A DNA stretch of 64,000 bases from a bacterium (GCA_965199855.1 OZ241326.1:2560001-2624000), one strand, 5' to 3'. Shown: positions 9,107 through 19,537, counted from the stretch's first letter. Numbers and translations: made by a program. The notes: a model not told the origin generated them from the sequence alone.

Positions 9107-12100
9107 CTACGCCCGCGCTTCCAGCGCCGCTTCCTCCACGCCGTTCAAGCTCTCGTCTTCGCGGTTCAGCCGGACGGAAACGATTTCGGAAACGCCCTTT
9201 TCCCGCTGCGTTACCCCGTAGAGCTGATCCGCGCAGGACATGGTCTTCTTGTTGTGGGTGATGATGATGAACTGGCTGCGATCCTCCAGTTCGGCGAGCA
9301 CCTCCCGGAAGCGCCCGACATTGGCGTCGTCGAGGGTGGCGTCCACCTCGTCGAGAATGCAGAACGGACTCGGCCGGACGCTGAACACCGCGAACAGCAG
9401 GGAAAGCGCGGTGAGCGCCTTCTCCCCGGCGGAGAGGAGCATGATGTTCGAGGGGCGCTTGCCCGGCGGCCGCACCTCGATATCGACGCCCGTCTCCAGG
9501 GGGTCGTCCGGATCGAGCAGATACATGCGCGCCTCGCCTCCCTGGAAGAGGCGCCCGAAAATGTCCGAGAAGGCGGCGCCCACCTCCTCGAACGCCGCCA
9601 GGAAGCGCGCCTTCGTCGTCTTGTTGAGCTTCTCGATGGTCGCGTGCAGATCGGCGATGGAGCTTTCCAGGTCCTCCTGCTGCCCCTGCAGAAATGCGTA
9701 TTCCTGGTTGATCTCGTCATACTCTTCCGCGGCCAGGGGATTCACCGCCCCCATGCGGGAAAGCCTTTGCTCCAGCATCGCCAGGCGGCTCGCCGTCTCC
9801 TGATACCGGGGGAGCTCCTCCCGCCGGCCTTCGGCCGTCTCCTCGAGATTGACCCGGTGCTCCGCCTCGGCGGACTTCACCATGTCCTCGCGCCTCACCC
9901 GAAGCGTCGTCCGCCGCTCCGCCGCCGCGCTCACCTCGGCCTGAAGGCCGGACGCTCTCGACTTCATCTCGCGGACCGACTCGCCCAGCTCCTCATCGCG
10001 CGACTGCGCTTTCCGCAGGGCGGCGTGACGCTCGGCCTCCTCGGCCTCCGCCCCGGCTCTCTCCTCCCGAAGAGCGGCGATTTCCTCCCCGCTCGCCGCG
10101 AGGCTCTCCTGAAGATCTTTTCTCTTCTCCTTCGATTCGCGCCGCTCTTCTTCCCTGCGGGCCTTGCGGGCCGCGTTCCGGGATATTCCCTCCTCGAGCC
10201 GCCGCGCCTCGGCGCGGCCGCCCGCCGCCCGCCCGTCGATCTCCGTCAAGGCGACTTTCTTGTCCGTAACCCGCGCCTCCACTTCCGAATACCGCCGGCT
10301 GACGACGCCCGTCTCCCGCTCGATTTCCCGGATGCGCGCGGAGATCTCCAGCGCGCCTTCCTCCAGGCGCAGGCTCTCGTCCCTGGCCGCGCGCGCCTCC
10401 TCCTCAAGCCGCGCCTGATCAGCGCGCGCCCCCTCCCGCGCGGATTCGAGAGCGGCCAGCCGCTCCTCCAGCTCCCCGCGCCTCTCCTCCGCCTGCCGAA
10501 GAGCGCCCCCGGCCTCCACGCGCGCGACCTCCGCGCGCTGGCTCGCCTGAACCGCCCGGCCGCGCCCTTGCTCCGCCCGCGCGAGCCGCTCCTCCAGCTC
10601 CCGGGAGGTCGGGGCCAGCTCAAGAAGGCGAGCCTCGAGGCTCCGCGCCTCCAGGCGCGTCTCCTCGCACCTCCTCGAACGCTCCAGAAAGCCCTCGCCC
10701 CGGGCCAGCCCTCCTTCCGCCGCGCCGTTCGCGTGAATCATCTCGCCGCCCAGGGTCACGCAGGCGACGCCCCGGGGCCCGTTGCACCACGCCGCCTGCG
10801 CGGCGTCGATATCCTCCACCACCACGACGTTCCCGAGGAGCGACCGGACGAGACGGCGGTATTCCGCGCCGCATCGAACGAAATCCGCCGCCGCGCCCAG
10901 GACGCCCTCCCCCAGCGGGACGACGGCGACCGGCGGGTCGCCAACCTCCATCGGCAGCGCCACGCCCCGCCCGGCTTCCGGGCTCATCAGCGCGCGAACC
11001 GCGTCCACCGCGTCGCCCGGCGTCTTCACCACCACGCCCCGCAGCCTGTCGCCGAGGGCCGCCTCGACGGCTTTTTCAAACTTCGGCTCCACGCGAACGA
11101 CGTCGGACAGGGACGCCAGCACCCGCGCGCCGCGCGCCCTGAACGCCTCCGCGTCCGCCTCCGCGCCGGAGCCGAGGACGTCCTCCAGCACCGCGAGCGC
11201 GGACTTCGCCTCCATCAGGGATTCCTTCGTCCCGGCCGCTTCCTCTTCGTGGCGGCGCAGCGCTTCGGACGCTCCGGCGCGTTCGGCCTCCGCCCGCTCG
11301 AGCTCCTCCTTCGCGCGGCCTTCGGACGCCGCCAGCGACTCCGCCCGGCTTCTCGCGCCATTCGCGCCGGATCGGGCCGATTCGAGGCGCTCCCCGACCT
11401 CGGCGGCCTCGGCGGCCATCTTCTCCATGGAGCCGGCCAGCCCCTCGCGCCTCGACTCGGCGGAGGCGATGCGCTGACGCGCCGCGCTCAGGCGCTCCCT
11501 TTCCTCCCCCTGCGCGCGCCGCGCCTCCTCGAGCGTCCGCTCGAGCTCTCCCAGACTCTCGCGGACGGCGGCCAGCTCCGCCGCGCTGACGTCATGCTCC
11601 CGCCGCGCGAGGCCCGACTGCGCGGCGAGCGCCTCCAGCGTCGAGGAGAGCCCGCCCCGCTCGCTCTCCAGCGCCGCGGTTTCGGCGTCCAGCGCCCGGA
11701 TTTCCTCGGCGCGGCGCGCGTCCTCCGCGTCGAGCTCCGAGAGGCGGCTCTCGAGCATCTCGATTCGATTCTCCAGGCGCCGGAGGCCGCCCTCCGCCTC
11801 CACCGAGCGGCGGCGCGACTCCCCCAGCGCCTCCGAGCACTCGGCCAGCAGAATGCGCTCCTTCTCCCTTTCCGCCTCCAGGGAGGATATTCCGGCCAGA
11901 AGCGCCCGCTCCTCCTCCGCCGCGCGGTCATGCGCCCTCTCCGCGGGGGCGAGCTCATCCAGAAGCCTGAGGTAGTCGAGCGCGGCGAGCCTGCGGGAGA
12001 GGTCGGCGATCTCGGTCTGATACTCCCTGTGAAACGCGGCCTTCCTCGCCTGGCGCCGCAGGGAGCGCAGGCGCCCCTCCTTCTCGCGCATGATGTCCGC

Positions 12101-12685
12101 CACGCGCAACAGGTTCGCCTGGGCGAGCTCCAGCTTCCGCAGCGCCTCGCTTCGCCTGCTCTTGTATTTCATGATGCCGGCGGCCTCTTCTATCAGAATC
12201 CGCCTGTCCAGGGGCCGCGCGTTCACGAGGGTCTCGATCTTGCCCTGCTCCACGATGGAGAAGGTGTCGAGGGAGACGCCGGTGTCGAGAAACAGATCGA
12301 CGATGTCCTTCAGCCGGCAGGGGTTGCGGTTGATGAGGTATTCGCTTTCGCCGGAGCGATACAGCCGGCGGGTGACCACCACCTCGTCGAAGTCCCTGAA
12401 GGCGGGCGCGGTCACCGCGCCCCCGAGGTCGGCGATGGTGAGCGAGACCTCGGACATTCCGAGCTGCCTGCGCTCGGCGCTGCCGTTGAAAATCACGTCC
12501 TCCATCTTTTTCGAGCGCATGTTTTTCGGCGCCTGCTCGCCCAGAACCCACCGGACGGCGTCGCACACGTTGCTCTTGCCGCACCCGTTGGGCCCGACGA
12601 CGGCGGTAAGCCCCTCGCCGATTTCAAGGACGGTTCTGTCAACGAAGGACTTGAACCCCTGCATCGCCAGACGCTGGAATCGCAA
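9107..12685 (-). CDS. smc: Chromosome segregation protein SMC
   Basis: GFKSF, Walker A GPNGCGKSN, long coiled coils with hinge, signature LSAGEK, Walker B LDEVD; rnc-smc-ftsY synteny. Confidence 0.97.
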   Translation of the reverse strand: MRFQRLAMQGFKSFVDRTVLEIGEGLTAVVGPNGCGKSNVCDAVRWVLGEQAPKNMRSKKMEDVIFNGSAERRQLGMSEVSLTIADLGGAVTAPAFRDFDEVVVTRRLYRSGESEYLINRNPCRLKDIVDLFLDTGVSLDTFSIVEQGKIETLVNARPLDRRILIEEAAGIMKYKSRRSEALRKLELAQANLLRVADIMREKEGRLRSLRRQARKAAFHREYQTEIADLSRRLAALDYLRLLDELAPAERAHDRAAEEERALLAGISSLEAEREKERILLAECSEALGESRRRSVEAEGGLRRLENRIEMLESRLSELDAEDARRAEEIRALDAETAALESERGGLSSTLEALAAQSGLARREHDVSAAELAAVRESLGELERTLEEARRAQGEERERLSAARQRIASAESRREGLAGSMEKMAAEAAEVGERLESARSGANGARSRAESLAASEGRAKEELERAEAERAGASEALRRHEEEAAGTKESLMEAKSALAVLEDVLGSGAEADAEAFRARGARVLASLSDVVRVEPKFEKAVEAALGDRLRGVVVKTPGDAVDAVRALMSPEAGRGVALPMEVGDPPVAVVPLGEGVLGAAADFVRCGAEYRRLVRSLLGNVVVVEDIDAAQAAWCNGPRGVACVTLGGEMIHANGAAEGGLARGEGFLERSRRCEETRLEARSLEARLLELAPTSRELEERLARAEQGRGRAVQASQRAEVARVEAGGALRQAEERRGELEERLAALESAREGARADQARLEEEARAARDESLRLEEGALEISARIREIERETGVVSRRYSEVEARVTDKKVALTEIDGRAAGGRAEARRLEEGISRNAARKARREEERRESKEKRKDLQESLAASGEEIAALREERAGAEAEEAERHAALRKAQSRDEELGESVREMKSRASGLQAEVSAAAERRTTLRVRREDMVKSAEAEHRVNLEETAEGRREELPRYQETASRLAMLEQRLSRMGAVNPLAAEEYDEINQEYAFLQGQQEDLESSIADLHATIEKLNKTTKARFLAAFEEVGAAFSDIFGRLFQGGEARMYLLDPDDPLETGVDIEVRPPGKRPSNIMLLSAGEKALTALSLLFAVFSVRPSPFCILDEVDATLDDANVGRFREVLAELEDRSQFIIITHNKKTMSCADQLYGVTQREKGVSEIVSVRLNREDESLNGVEEAALEARA

Positions 12686-12837
12686 ATCAAAACCTCGGCG
12701 GGCGAAGGAACTTCACGGTCGCGGGGCGAAAAAAGAAGAAGCGAGGGCGGCGGGAATCAATCACTTGACGGAAGAACCTATCACAGATTCTAAGGATTCG
12801 CAAAGCGAAAAACACCGCTTGTCCGGAAATCGCGCCG

Positions 12838-13650
12838 TCAGGCTTCGCCGAGCCTGTGAACCGCCTCCCTGGCGGCCGCCTGCTCGGCCGCCTTTTTGGC
12901 CGCTCCCTGCCCGCGCCCCACCACCCTGCGGCCGAGGCGCACCTCGACCTCGAACTCCTTTTCGTGCTCGGGGCCGCTCTCCCGAACCAGACGATAGCCG
13001 GGCGGCTTGTCCCCCTTCTTCTGCGCCAGGCACTGGAGCCTGCTCTTGAAGTCCTGCGAGAGGACGTCCTCCTCGGGCAGGCCCGGCGCCCAGACCCACG
13101 ATTCCGCCCACTGCGCGCAGCGGGCGTAGCCGCCGTCGAGATAGACGGCGCCGACAAGAGCCTCGAACGCCCCCGCCTGGATGGAGACCTTCTTTCGGCC
13201 GCCCGTCTTCTCCTCCCCCCTGCCCAGGCGAAGAAGCCCGTCGAACCCGTGCCGCCTGAAAACGCCCGCCAGGGAGCGGCCGTTCACCCGCTCGGAGCGC
13301 AGGTGGGTGAGGACGCCCTCGTCGGCCGCCGGCAAGCCCTTCCAGAGCCTTTCCGTCACGATGAGCTGGAGAACGGCGTCGCCCAGGAACTCCAGGCGCT
13401 CGTTGTCCGGGACGGCGGGCGAGCTTTCCTGGGAGAAGGAGCGGTGCGTCAGCGCCTGAACGAGAAGCCCCCGGCGCGAAAACGAATAGCCGATGCGGGC
13501 CTCGACCTCATCGAGGGAGACTTCTCCCTCGCCGAAGCCGGAGGGCTCCCCCTTTCCGGCGGCGCCCTTGTCAGGCCGCGCCGGCTTCCGCTCTTCTGAA
13601 GAGGAGCGAGGCGTTGGTTCCCCCGAAGCCGAAGGAGTTCGTGAGGGCAC
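12838..13650 (-). CDS. rnc: Ribonuclease III (start codon uncertain)
   Basis: ALTHRS, NERLEFLGDAVL signature, C-terminal dsRBD (DFKSRLQ...AEQAAA). The only canonical in-frame start lies inside fabF. Confidence 0.93.
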   Translation of the reverse strand: MPSRTPSASGEPTPRSSSEERKPARPDKGAAGKGEPSGFGEGEVSLDEVEARIGYSFSRRGLLVQALTHRSFSQESSPAVPDNERLEFLGDAVLQLIVTERLWKGLPAADEGVLTHLRSERVNGRSLAGVFRRHGFDGLLRLGRGEEKTGGRKKVSIQAGAFEALVGAVYLDGGYARCAQWAESWVWAPGLPEEDVLSQDFKSRLQCLAQKKGDKPPGYRLVRESGPEHEKEFEVEVRLGRRVVGRGQGAAKKAAEQAAAREAVHRLGEA

Positions 13651-14848
13651 AGCCGATGTCCGCTTCCCGGGCCGAATTGGGTACGTAGTCGAGGTCGCAT
13701 TCCGGGTCCGGGGTGTCCAGGTTGATGGTGGGAGGAATGCGCTGGTTCTTCACCGCCAGTATGGTGAACACCGATTCCACGCCTCCCGCCGCCCCCAGAA
13801 GATGCCCGGTCATCGATTTCGTGGAGCTCACGCTGAGCCCGTAGGCGTGATCGCCGAAGGTTCTCTTGATGGCCGTCGTCTCGAGCCTGTCGCCCGCTCC
13901 CGTGGACGTGCCGTGCGCGTTGATGTAGTCCACGTCCCCGGGCGCGAGCCCCGCGTCGTCGATCGCCATCTCCATGCAGCGCGCCGCCCCGTCGCCGCCC
14001 GGATCGGGGGAGGTGATGTGGTGGGCGTCGGAGGTCAGCCCGTAGCCGCCGAGCTCCGCGTAGATGTCCGCGCCGCGCGCCGCGGCGCGGTCGTAGCGCT
14101 CGAGGATGATGACGCCCGCCCCCTCGGCCATCACGAATCCGTCCCTGTCCGCGTCGAAGGGGCGGCTCGCGCGCTCGGGCTCCTCGTTGCGGGTGCTGAG
14201 CGCCCGCATGGCGCAGAACCCCGCCATGGCCAGCTCCGTGACGCAGGACTCGCTGCCGCCGGCCACCATGACGTCGGCCACCCCGCGCTGGATGCACTTC
14301 ATCGCGTCGCCGAGGGCGTGGTTGCCGGAGGCGCACGCCGTCACGGTGCAGGTGTTCGGCCCCTTCAGCCCCCAGCGCATCGAAACCTGGCCGGCGGCCA
14401 GGTTCGCCAGCAGCATGGGGATGAAGAAGGGGGTGATGCGTATGGGGCCCCGCTTCTGCATGACGTCCATGTTCGCCTCGATGGCGGGCAGGCCGCCCAG
14501 CCCCACGCCGATGATGGTGCCGAACCTCGGCGCCTCCTCCTTCTCCGGCGCCGCCAGCCCCGCGTCGTCGAAGGCCATCTGCGAGGCCGCGAGGACGTAC
14601 TGGATGAACAGATCCATCTTCTTGAGTTCTTTGCGGCTGATGTAGTTCTCGGGCTCGAAGCCCTTCACCTCGCCGACGATCTTGGACGGCAGGCGCTCCG
14701 GGGAGAAGCGCGATATCCCGCCGATGCCCGAGCGGCCCCGCATCAGGGCCTCCCAGTTCTCCTCCACCGACAGGCCCAGCGGCGTAATCAGCCCCAGCCC
14801 CGTAACGGCGACGCGGACGTCCGACCTCACCAAATCCCGGCTATCCAT
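13571..14848 (-). CDS. fabF: 3-oxoacyl-ACP synthase II
   Basis: TACASG, DYINAHGTST, KSMTGHLLGAAG, NSFGFGGTN. Confidence 0.97.
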   Translation of the reverse strand: MDSRDLVRSDVRVAVTGLGLITPLGLSVEENWEALMRGRSGIGGISRFSPERLPSKIVGEVKGFEPENYISRKELKKMDLFIQYVLAASQMAFDDAGLAAPEKEEAPRFGTIIGVGLGGLPAIEANMDVMQKRGPIRITPFFIPMLLANLAAGQVSMRWGLKGPNTCTVTACASGNHALGDAMKCIQRGVADVMVAGGSESCVTELAMAGFCAMRALSTRNEEPERASRPFDADRDGFVMAEGAGVIILERYDRAAARGADIYAELGGYGLTSDAHHITSPDPGGDGAARCMEMAIDDAGLAPGDVDYINAHGTSTGAGDRLETTAIKRTFGDHAYGLSVSSTKSMTGHLLGAAGGVESVFTILAVKNQRIPPTINLDTPDPECDLDYVPNSAREADIGCALTNSFGFGGTNASLLFRRAEAGAA

Positions 14849-14883
14849 GCCTTCTCTTCATTCCGCCGCCCGACGAGGCTTCC

Positions 14884-15126
14884 TCAGTCTCCGGACACCT
14901 TGGCGATGTAGTCATACGCATCCTGAACCTTGGATATCTTCTCCGCTTCCTCGTCGGGTATCTCGAGGCCGAATTTCTCCTCGAAAGCCATGACGAGCTC
15001 CACGGTATCGAGCGAATCCGCTCCGAGATCATCGGTGAACGAAGCCTCCGGCACCACCTTTTCAGGATCCACGCTCAGCTGCTCGACGATGATCTCCCTG
15101 ATTTGCTCTTCGATGTTTTCCGTCAC
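14884..15126 (-). CDS. acpP: Acyl carrier protein
   Basis: [20 protein letters not shown]. Confidence 0.97.
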   Translation of the reverse strand: MTENIEEQIREIIVEQLSVDPEKVVPEASFTDDLGADSLDTVELVMAFEEKFGLEIPDEEAEKISKVQDAYDYIAKVSGD

Positions 15127-15308
15127 GCCGATTCCTCCGATTCAGAAATCTCTTTCCCATGCCTGCATTGGGCCGTCCGCGCGTCAGGGAAGCGGGGCAA
15201 TCCTCTTTTCGCGCCATCCGGGCGTTCGCTCCGCGGCCGGCCCCGCGCCGCCTCCCGTCGTCCTCCATCGTCGTCAAGCCCCGGCCGCATCATACACGGG
15301 CGGGAGGC

Positions 15309-16247
15309 TCATGCGAACCCGTCCAGGGCGGAGGCCGTCTTCTCCAGGCTGTCCGCGTCCTCCACGCCGTGCGTCGGGAGGTCCCGCAAAATCCGCCTGT
15401 TCAATCCCGAGAGCACCCTGCCGGGGCCCAGCTCGACCGCCGCGTCCGGCTTCTCCCCTCCCGCCGCGCGCACGGAATCCTCCCAGCGGACGGCGGAGCG
15501 AATCTGCCGCTTGAGCAGCTCCTTCACGCGGGCGGCCTCGCGCACGGGCTCGGCGGTCGCGTTCGCATAGACGGGAATCGAAGGGTCGGCGACGTCCGCC
15601 TCGTCGAGAACCCCGCTCATGCGCTCCGCCGCCTCGCTCAGGAGGGAGCAGTGAAAAGGCGCCCCCACCGGAAGCATGACGACCTTGCGCGCGCCCCTCT
15701 CCTTCGCCAGGCGCGCGGCGGACTCCACCGCGCCCTTCTCTCCCGATAGCACATACTGGCCGGGCGCGTTGTAATTTGCAACCTCCACCACGCCCTCCGC
15801 CTCCCCGCAAAGGGCTTCGGCGGCCTCCCGCTCCACCCCGAGCAGGGCCGCCATGGCGCCTCCCCCCATGGGGACGGCCTCGTGCATGAAGCGGCCCCGC
15901 TTCTTCACGAGTTCGACGGCGGTCGGGAAGTCAATCGCCCCGGCCGCCAGAAGGGCGGAATACTCCCCCAGGCTGTGCCCCAGGGCGAGGGCGGGGCGGA
16001 AGCCGCGCTCCCGGAGCAGGGCGCAGGCGACGTAGCTGTGCACCAGAATGGCGGGCTGGGTGTGGCAGGTGAGGGTCAGCTCCGAGCGGGGGCCCTCGAA
16101 GCTGAGCCTGGCGAGGTCCCACCCCAGAATGTCGCTCGCCTGCTCGTAGGCTTCCCGCGCGAGCGGAAACTCGTCGTGGAGCTGCTTTCCCATGCCGACA
16201 TACTGCGAGCCCTGGCCCGGGAACAAAAACGCGATTTTCGCGCCCAT
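15309..16247 (-). CDS. fabD: Malonyl-CoA:ACP transacylase
   Basis: FPGQGSQ, GHSLGEYSA, APFHC. Confidence 0.96.
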   Translation of the reverse strand: MGAKIAFLFPGQGSQYVGMGKQLHDEFPLAREAYEQASDILGWDLARLSFEGPRSELTLTCHTQPAILVHSYVACALLRERGFRPALALGHSLGEYSALLAAGAIDFPTAVELVKKRGRFMHEAVPMGGGAMAALLGVEREAAEALCGEAEGVVEVANYNAPGQYVLSGEKGAVESAARLAKERGARKVVMLPVGAPFHCSLLSEAAERMSGVLDEADVADPSIPVYANATAEPVREAARVKELLKRQIRSAVRWEDSVRAAGGEKPDAAVELGPGRVLSGLNRRILRDLPTHGVEDADSLEKTASALDGFA

Positions 16248-16357
16248 CTTGCGATCCTTGCCTGCGGCGTGAGCGGCGGAGCCCTAATGGTCCATCAGGC
16301 TCGCGGATAGAGCCGGGACGGGCGCGAGGCGGATTCTCGTCGGGGGTTCATGCCGCG

Positions 16358-17347
16358 TCAATTCCATTCGACCAGCGCCGCGCCCCAGGTGAGGCCCCCG
16401 CCGAAGGCGGCCATGAGCACGTTGTCTCCGCTCCGGATTTTCCCCTCGCGCACCGATTCGTCCAGCGCGACCGGGATGGTGGCCGCAGACATGTTCCCGT
16501 ATTTGCCGATCGTGACGACCACCTTGTCCATCGACAGCTTGAGCCGCTTCGCCACCGCCTCGATGATGCGCAGATTCGCCTGATGCGGAATGAACACGTC
16601 CACGTCGTCCAGGGTGAGGCCGCCCCGCTCCAGGGTTTCGACGCACACGTCCGAGAAGCGGCGGACGGCCGTCTTGAACGTCTCCTGCCCCCGCATCTGA
16701 AGCAGGTGCTCCTTGTTCTGCACGTCGCCCGGCGTCATGGGAGCGAAGCGCGAGCCGCCGCCGGGAACCAGAATGAGCTCGCCCTCCTTCCCGTCGCTGT
16801 GAATCCTGGAGTCCATGACGCCCCTGCGCCCGTTCTCCGACGCTCCCAGCACGACGGCGCCCGCCCCGTCGCCCCACAGGACGCAGGTGCCCCTGTCCGC
16901 CCAGTCGACGACCCGCGTCATGACGTCGGCGGAAACCAGAAGCACCTTGCCCATGACGCCCGCGCGAATGTAGGCGTCCGCCGCCTGAAGGCCATAGACG
17001 AAGCCCGAGCAGGCCGCGTTCAGATCGAAGGCGGCCGCCCTCGTCGCGCCGATGTGGGACTGGAGCCAGCAGGCGGCGGCGGGGCACATCGTATCCGGCG
17101 TGATGGTGGTGACGATGATGAGGTCGATGTCCTCGGCGTCCACGCCGGCCGTCTCCAGCGCCTGGTTGGAGGCGTGAATCGAGAGGTGGGAGGTCGCCTC
17201 GTCGGGCTTCGCCACGCGCCGCTCGCTGATTCCCGTTCGCTCGAGAATCCACTCGTCGCTCGTATCGACCATCTTTTCCAGATCGGCGTTCGAGAGGATT
17301 CTCTCGGGGACATACGAGCCTGTCCCCAGGATGACGGAATGGGGCAC
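16358..17347 (-). CDS. fabH: 3-oxoacyl-ACP synthase III
   Basis: AACSGF, PHQANLRII, GNMSAA, FGGGLTWG. Confidence 0.96.
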   Translation of the reverse strand: MPHSVILGTGSYVPERILSNADLEKMVDTSDEWILERTGISERRVAKPDEATSHLSIHASNQALETAGVDAEDIDLIIVTTITPDTMCPAAACWLQSHIGATRAAAFDLNAACSGFVYGLQAADAYIRAGVMGKVLLVSADVMTRVVDWADRGTCVLWGDGAGAVVLGASENGRRGVMDSRIHSDGKEGELILVPGGGSRFAPMTPGDVQNKEHLLQMRGQETFKTAVRRFSDVCVETLERGGLTLDDVDVFIPHQANLRIIEAVAKRLKLSMDKVVVTIGKYGNMSAATIPVALDESVREGKIRSGDNVLMAAFGGGLTWGAALVEWN

Positions 17348-17413
17348 GTTGGGATTCCCTATTCGGACGAGAGGACTGCAGGGCGTGATGGTATGCGAAA
17401 AGCGGCCCGGATA

Positions 17414-18511
17414 TCAAGAGGGCTCTTTTTTTTCTTCCTCCCCCGACGCGCCCTCGCTGAAGATGCCGGTTCGTATCTGGTTCCACAGCCGCCAGCCGGC
17501 GTCGCCGCTGCGCTGTATGGAAGCGTGCCTGTCGATCTCCTTCTGCATCTTGGCGTTCAGGTCGGCCTTGACGAGACTCGCCGTCGTGCGGATGGCGTTC
17601 TTCACCGCCTTCGCGCTGCTGCGTCCGTGCCCGATGGCGCAGATTCCGCCCAGGCCCAGCAGCGGCGCCGCCCCGTATTCGGAATAATCGGTTCGCTGGC
17701 GCATGGACTTCAGGCCGTTCTGCAGGAACATGTAGCCGATCTTGCTGCGCACCGAATGGACGATTTCCTCCCGGAGCAGCGTCGTCAGCATCTCGCTGAG
17801 GCTCTCGCTCACCTTCAGGGCCACGTTGCCCGCGAATCCATCGCACACGATTACGTCCGTGCCGCCCTGGAAGATGGTGCTCCCCTCCACGTTGCCCACG
17901 AAGTTCAGGTCGCTTTTGGCGAAAATCTCGTGGACGGCCTTGAGCACCCCCGTCCCCTTGGAATCCTCGCCGCCCACGTTCAGCAGCCCCACGGTGGGGG
18001 CGGGCTTCCTGAACACCTCCTCGGTATAGACGGAGCCCATGACGCCGAACTGAAACAGGTGCTGCGGCCGCGGGGTGAGGTTCGCCCCCACGTCGAGCAT
18101 GACGGAAAATCCCTTCAGGGTGGGAATCAGGGCGGCGATGGCCGGGCGATGCACCCCGCGCATCCGCTTCAGAACGCTCAGCCCCGCGGCGAACGCGCCT
18201 CCGGTGTCGCCCGCGCTGAACACCCCCTGCGCCTCGCCTTCGCGGACCAGCTCCAGGGCGACGCGCATGGAGGAGTCCGGCTTCGCCTTCACCGACTTCG
18301 TGGGCGATTCGCCCATCTCGATGACCTGGCTCGCGGCGCGAATCTCGAAGCGGCTCTCGCTCGCGCCCAGGCGGGCGAGCTCCGCGCTGATTCGCTCCGG
18401 CGCGCCCACCAGGACGGACTCGATGCCCTCCTCCCGGTGAGCGTCCACCGCCCCTTCGATGACCGCCGAAGGCGCGTGGTCTCCCCCCATGGCGTCTATC
18501 GCTATTTTCAC
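17414..18511 (-). CDS. plsX: Phosphate acyltransferase PlsX
   Basis: IAIDAMGGDHAP, LDVGAN, DGFAGNVALK, GHGRSS. Confidence 0.96.
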   Translation of the reverse strand: MKIAIDAMGGDHAPSAVIEGAVDAHREEGIESVLVGAPERISAELARLGASESRFEIRAASQVIEMGESPTKSVKAKPDSSMRVALELVREGEAQGVFSAGDTGGAFAAGLSVLKRMRGVHRPAIAALIPTLKGFSVMLDVGANLTPRPQHLFQFGVMGSVYTEEVFRKPAPTVGLLNVGGEDSKGTGVLKAVHEIFAKSDLNFVGNVEGSTIFQGGTDVIVCDGFAGNVALKVSESLSEMLTTLLREEIVHSVRSKIGYMFLQNGLKSMRQRTDYSEYGAAPLLGLGGICAIGHGRSSAKAVKNAIRTTASLVKADLNAKMQKEIDRHASIQRSGDAGWRLWNQIRTGIFSEGASGEEEKKEPS

Positions 18512-18532
18512 GGCTTCGCTCCGGCGGCGGAG

Positions 18533-18712
18533 CTATTCCTTGACTTCCAGGACTTTCCGTCCCTTGTAGTACCCGCAGACGAGGCATACCCGGTGGGGCA
18601 GCGTCGGATTGCCGCAGTTCGGGCAAACGGCGATCGACGGCTTCGCCGCCTTGTAGTGCGTTCTTCTCTTGCGGCCCCGCGTCTGCGAGTGCCTGCGCTT
18701 GGGAAGTCCCAC
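18533..18712 (-). CDS. rpmF: 50S ribosomal protein L32 (Zn-ribbon type)
   Basis: Manual translation (59 aa, below track cutoff): MGLPKRRHSQTRGRKRRTHYK...CPNCG...PHRVCLVCGYYKG. Confidence 0.95.
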   Translation of the reverse strand: MGLPKRRHSQTRGRKRRTHYKAAKPSIAVCPNCGNPTLPHRVCLVCGYYKGRKVLEVKE

Positions 18713-18860
18713 GGTCTCCGCGCTCCCTTCAAAACGATGCGTTCAAAGCGGTCGTTCCCGCTTCACGGCCCCTGAGTCCCGCTCCCGGGAAAGAATCGCC
18801 ATATCCTACCACATATCAGGCGTTCCGGGCCCGTCATTTCCCGGAAGTCCCGCGAACCCC

Positions 18861-19397
18861 TCACGCGGAAGCCTTCGGCTCCCAGCCTCCGAGCGCGCCC
18901 CACCTCGGGTCCGGCTCCGCTTCCGCGCCGACGGATTCCCCCGCCTCGAGCCTGCGGCACGTCCCGGGCGCCTCTCCCAGGCATTTTTCAGGGCATCTCG
19001 GCTGGATGGGAATCGCCAGACCGATTTGGTCCCGGACGGGCGCGGCGAGATTCGCCGCTCCGTTCTCGACGTATGCGACCTCGATATCCTCTTCCTTCAG
19101 TTCTATCTCGCCGCCCGCGTCGAGACCCCGCGGCGCCCGGGAAAAATAGACGGCCAGAGGCTCATCGAACGGATGGGGAAACTCCGCCAGCCCGAGCGAG
19201 CATTCCAGCAGAAGCCGGCCGCTCACGCGGCCCCGGAAGGCCGCCTCGTCGGCGCCGGCTTTCTCCAGCCTGCCGACGAGCCTGAGGCGCGAATCGCTGA
19301 ACCAGGCCTCCCCCAGATCATCCGCTTCCAAATCCAGGCTTACGTCGATTCCGCCATCCGGAATCCGGGAGAGAGGAAACTGAAGGGTCTTCCCCAT
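18861..19397 (-). CDS. yceD: YceD/DUF177 family protein
   Basis: Position upstream of rpmF; LAIPIQPRCPEKCLG and DPRW motifs. Confidence 0.85.
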   Translation of the reverse strand: MGKTLQFPLSRIPDGGIDVSLDLEADDLGEAWFSDSRLRLVGRLEKAGADEAAFRGRVSGRLLLECSLGLAEFPHPFDEPLAVYFSRAPRGLDAGGEIELKEEDIEVAYVENGAANLAAPVRDQIGLAIPIQPRCPEKCLGEAPGTCRRLEAGESVGAEAEPDPRWGALGGWEPKASA

Positions 19398-19462
19398 GCC
19401 GCTTCTCCAGGGACGGCGCGCCGGCGGATGAGCGCGCGCGCCGACCCGCATCGCCCGGGTGA

Positions 19463-19491
19463 AATATAAGGAGGCGGGAAGGGCCTGTCAA
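19463..19491 (-). promoter_or_regulatory. Sigma70-type promoter of yceD-rpmF-plsX-fab operon
   Basis: Minus strand TTGACA (19491-19486), 17-bp spacer, TATATT (19468-19463). Confidence 0.75.
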
Positions 19492-19537
19492 ACAACGAAG
19501 CGCGGGGACGGATTCGGGGGGGCGCACTTCGCCGACC

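Noticed and set aside
9032-12793. Very long antisense or alternative-frame ORFs (e.g. 9032-12793 +, 5901-8720 -, 16583-18775 +, 16284-18626 -, 32391-34400 +, 60949-62886 +)
   Set aside because: Shadow ORFs of well-supported genes, expected from stop-codon scarcity at high GC3; Arg/Pro/Gly-rich with no motifs.
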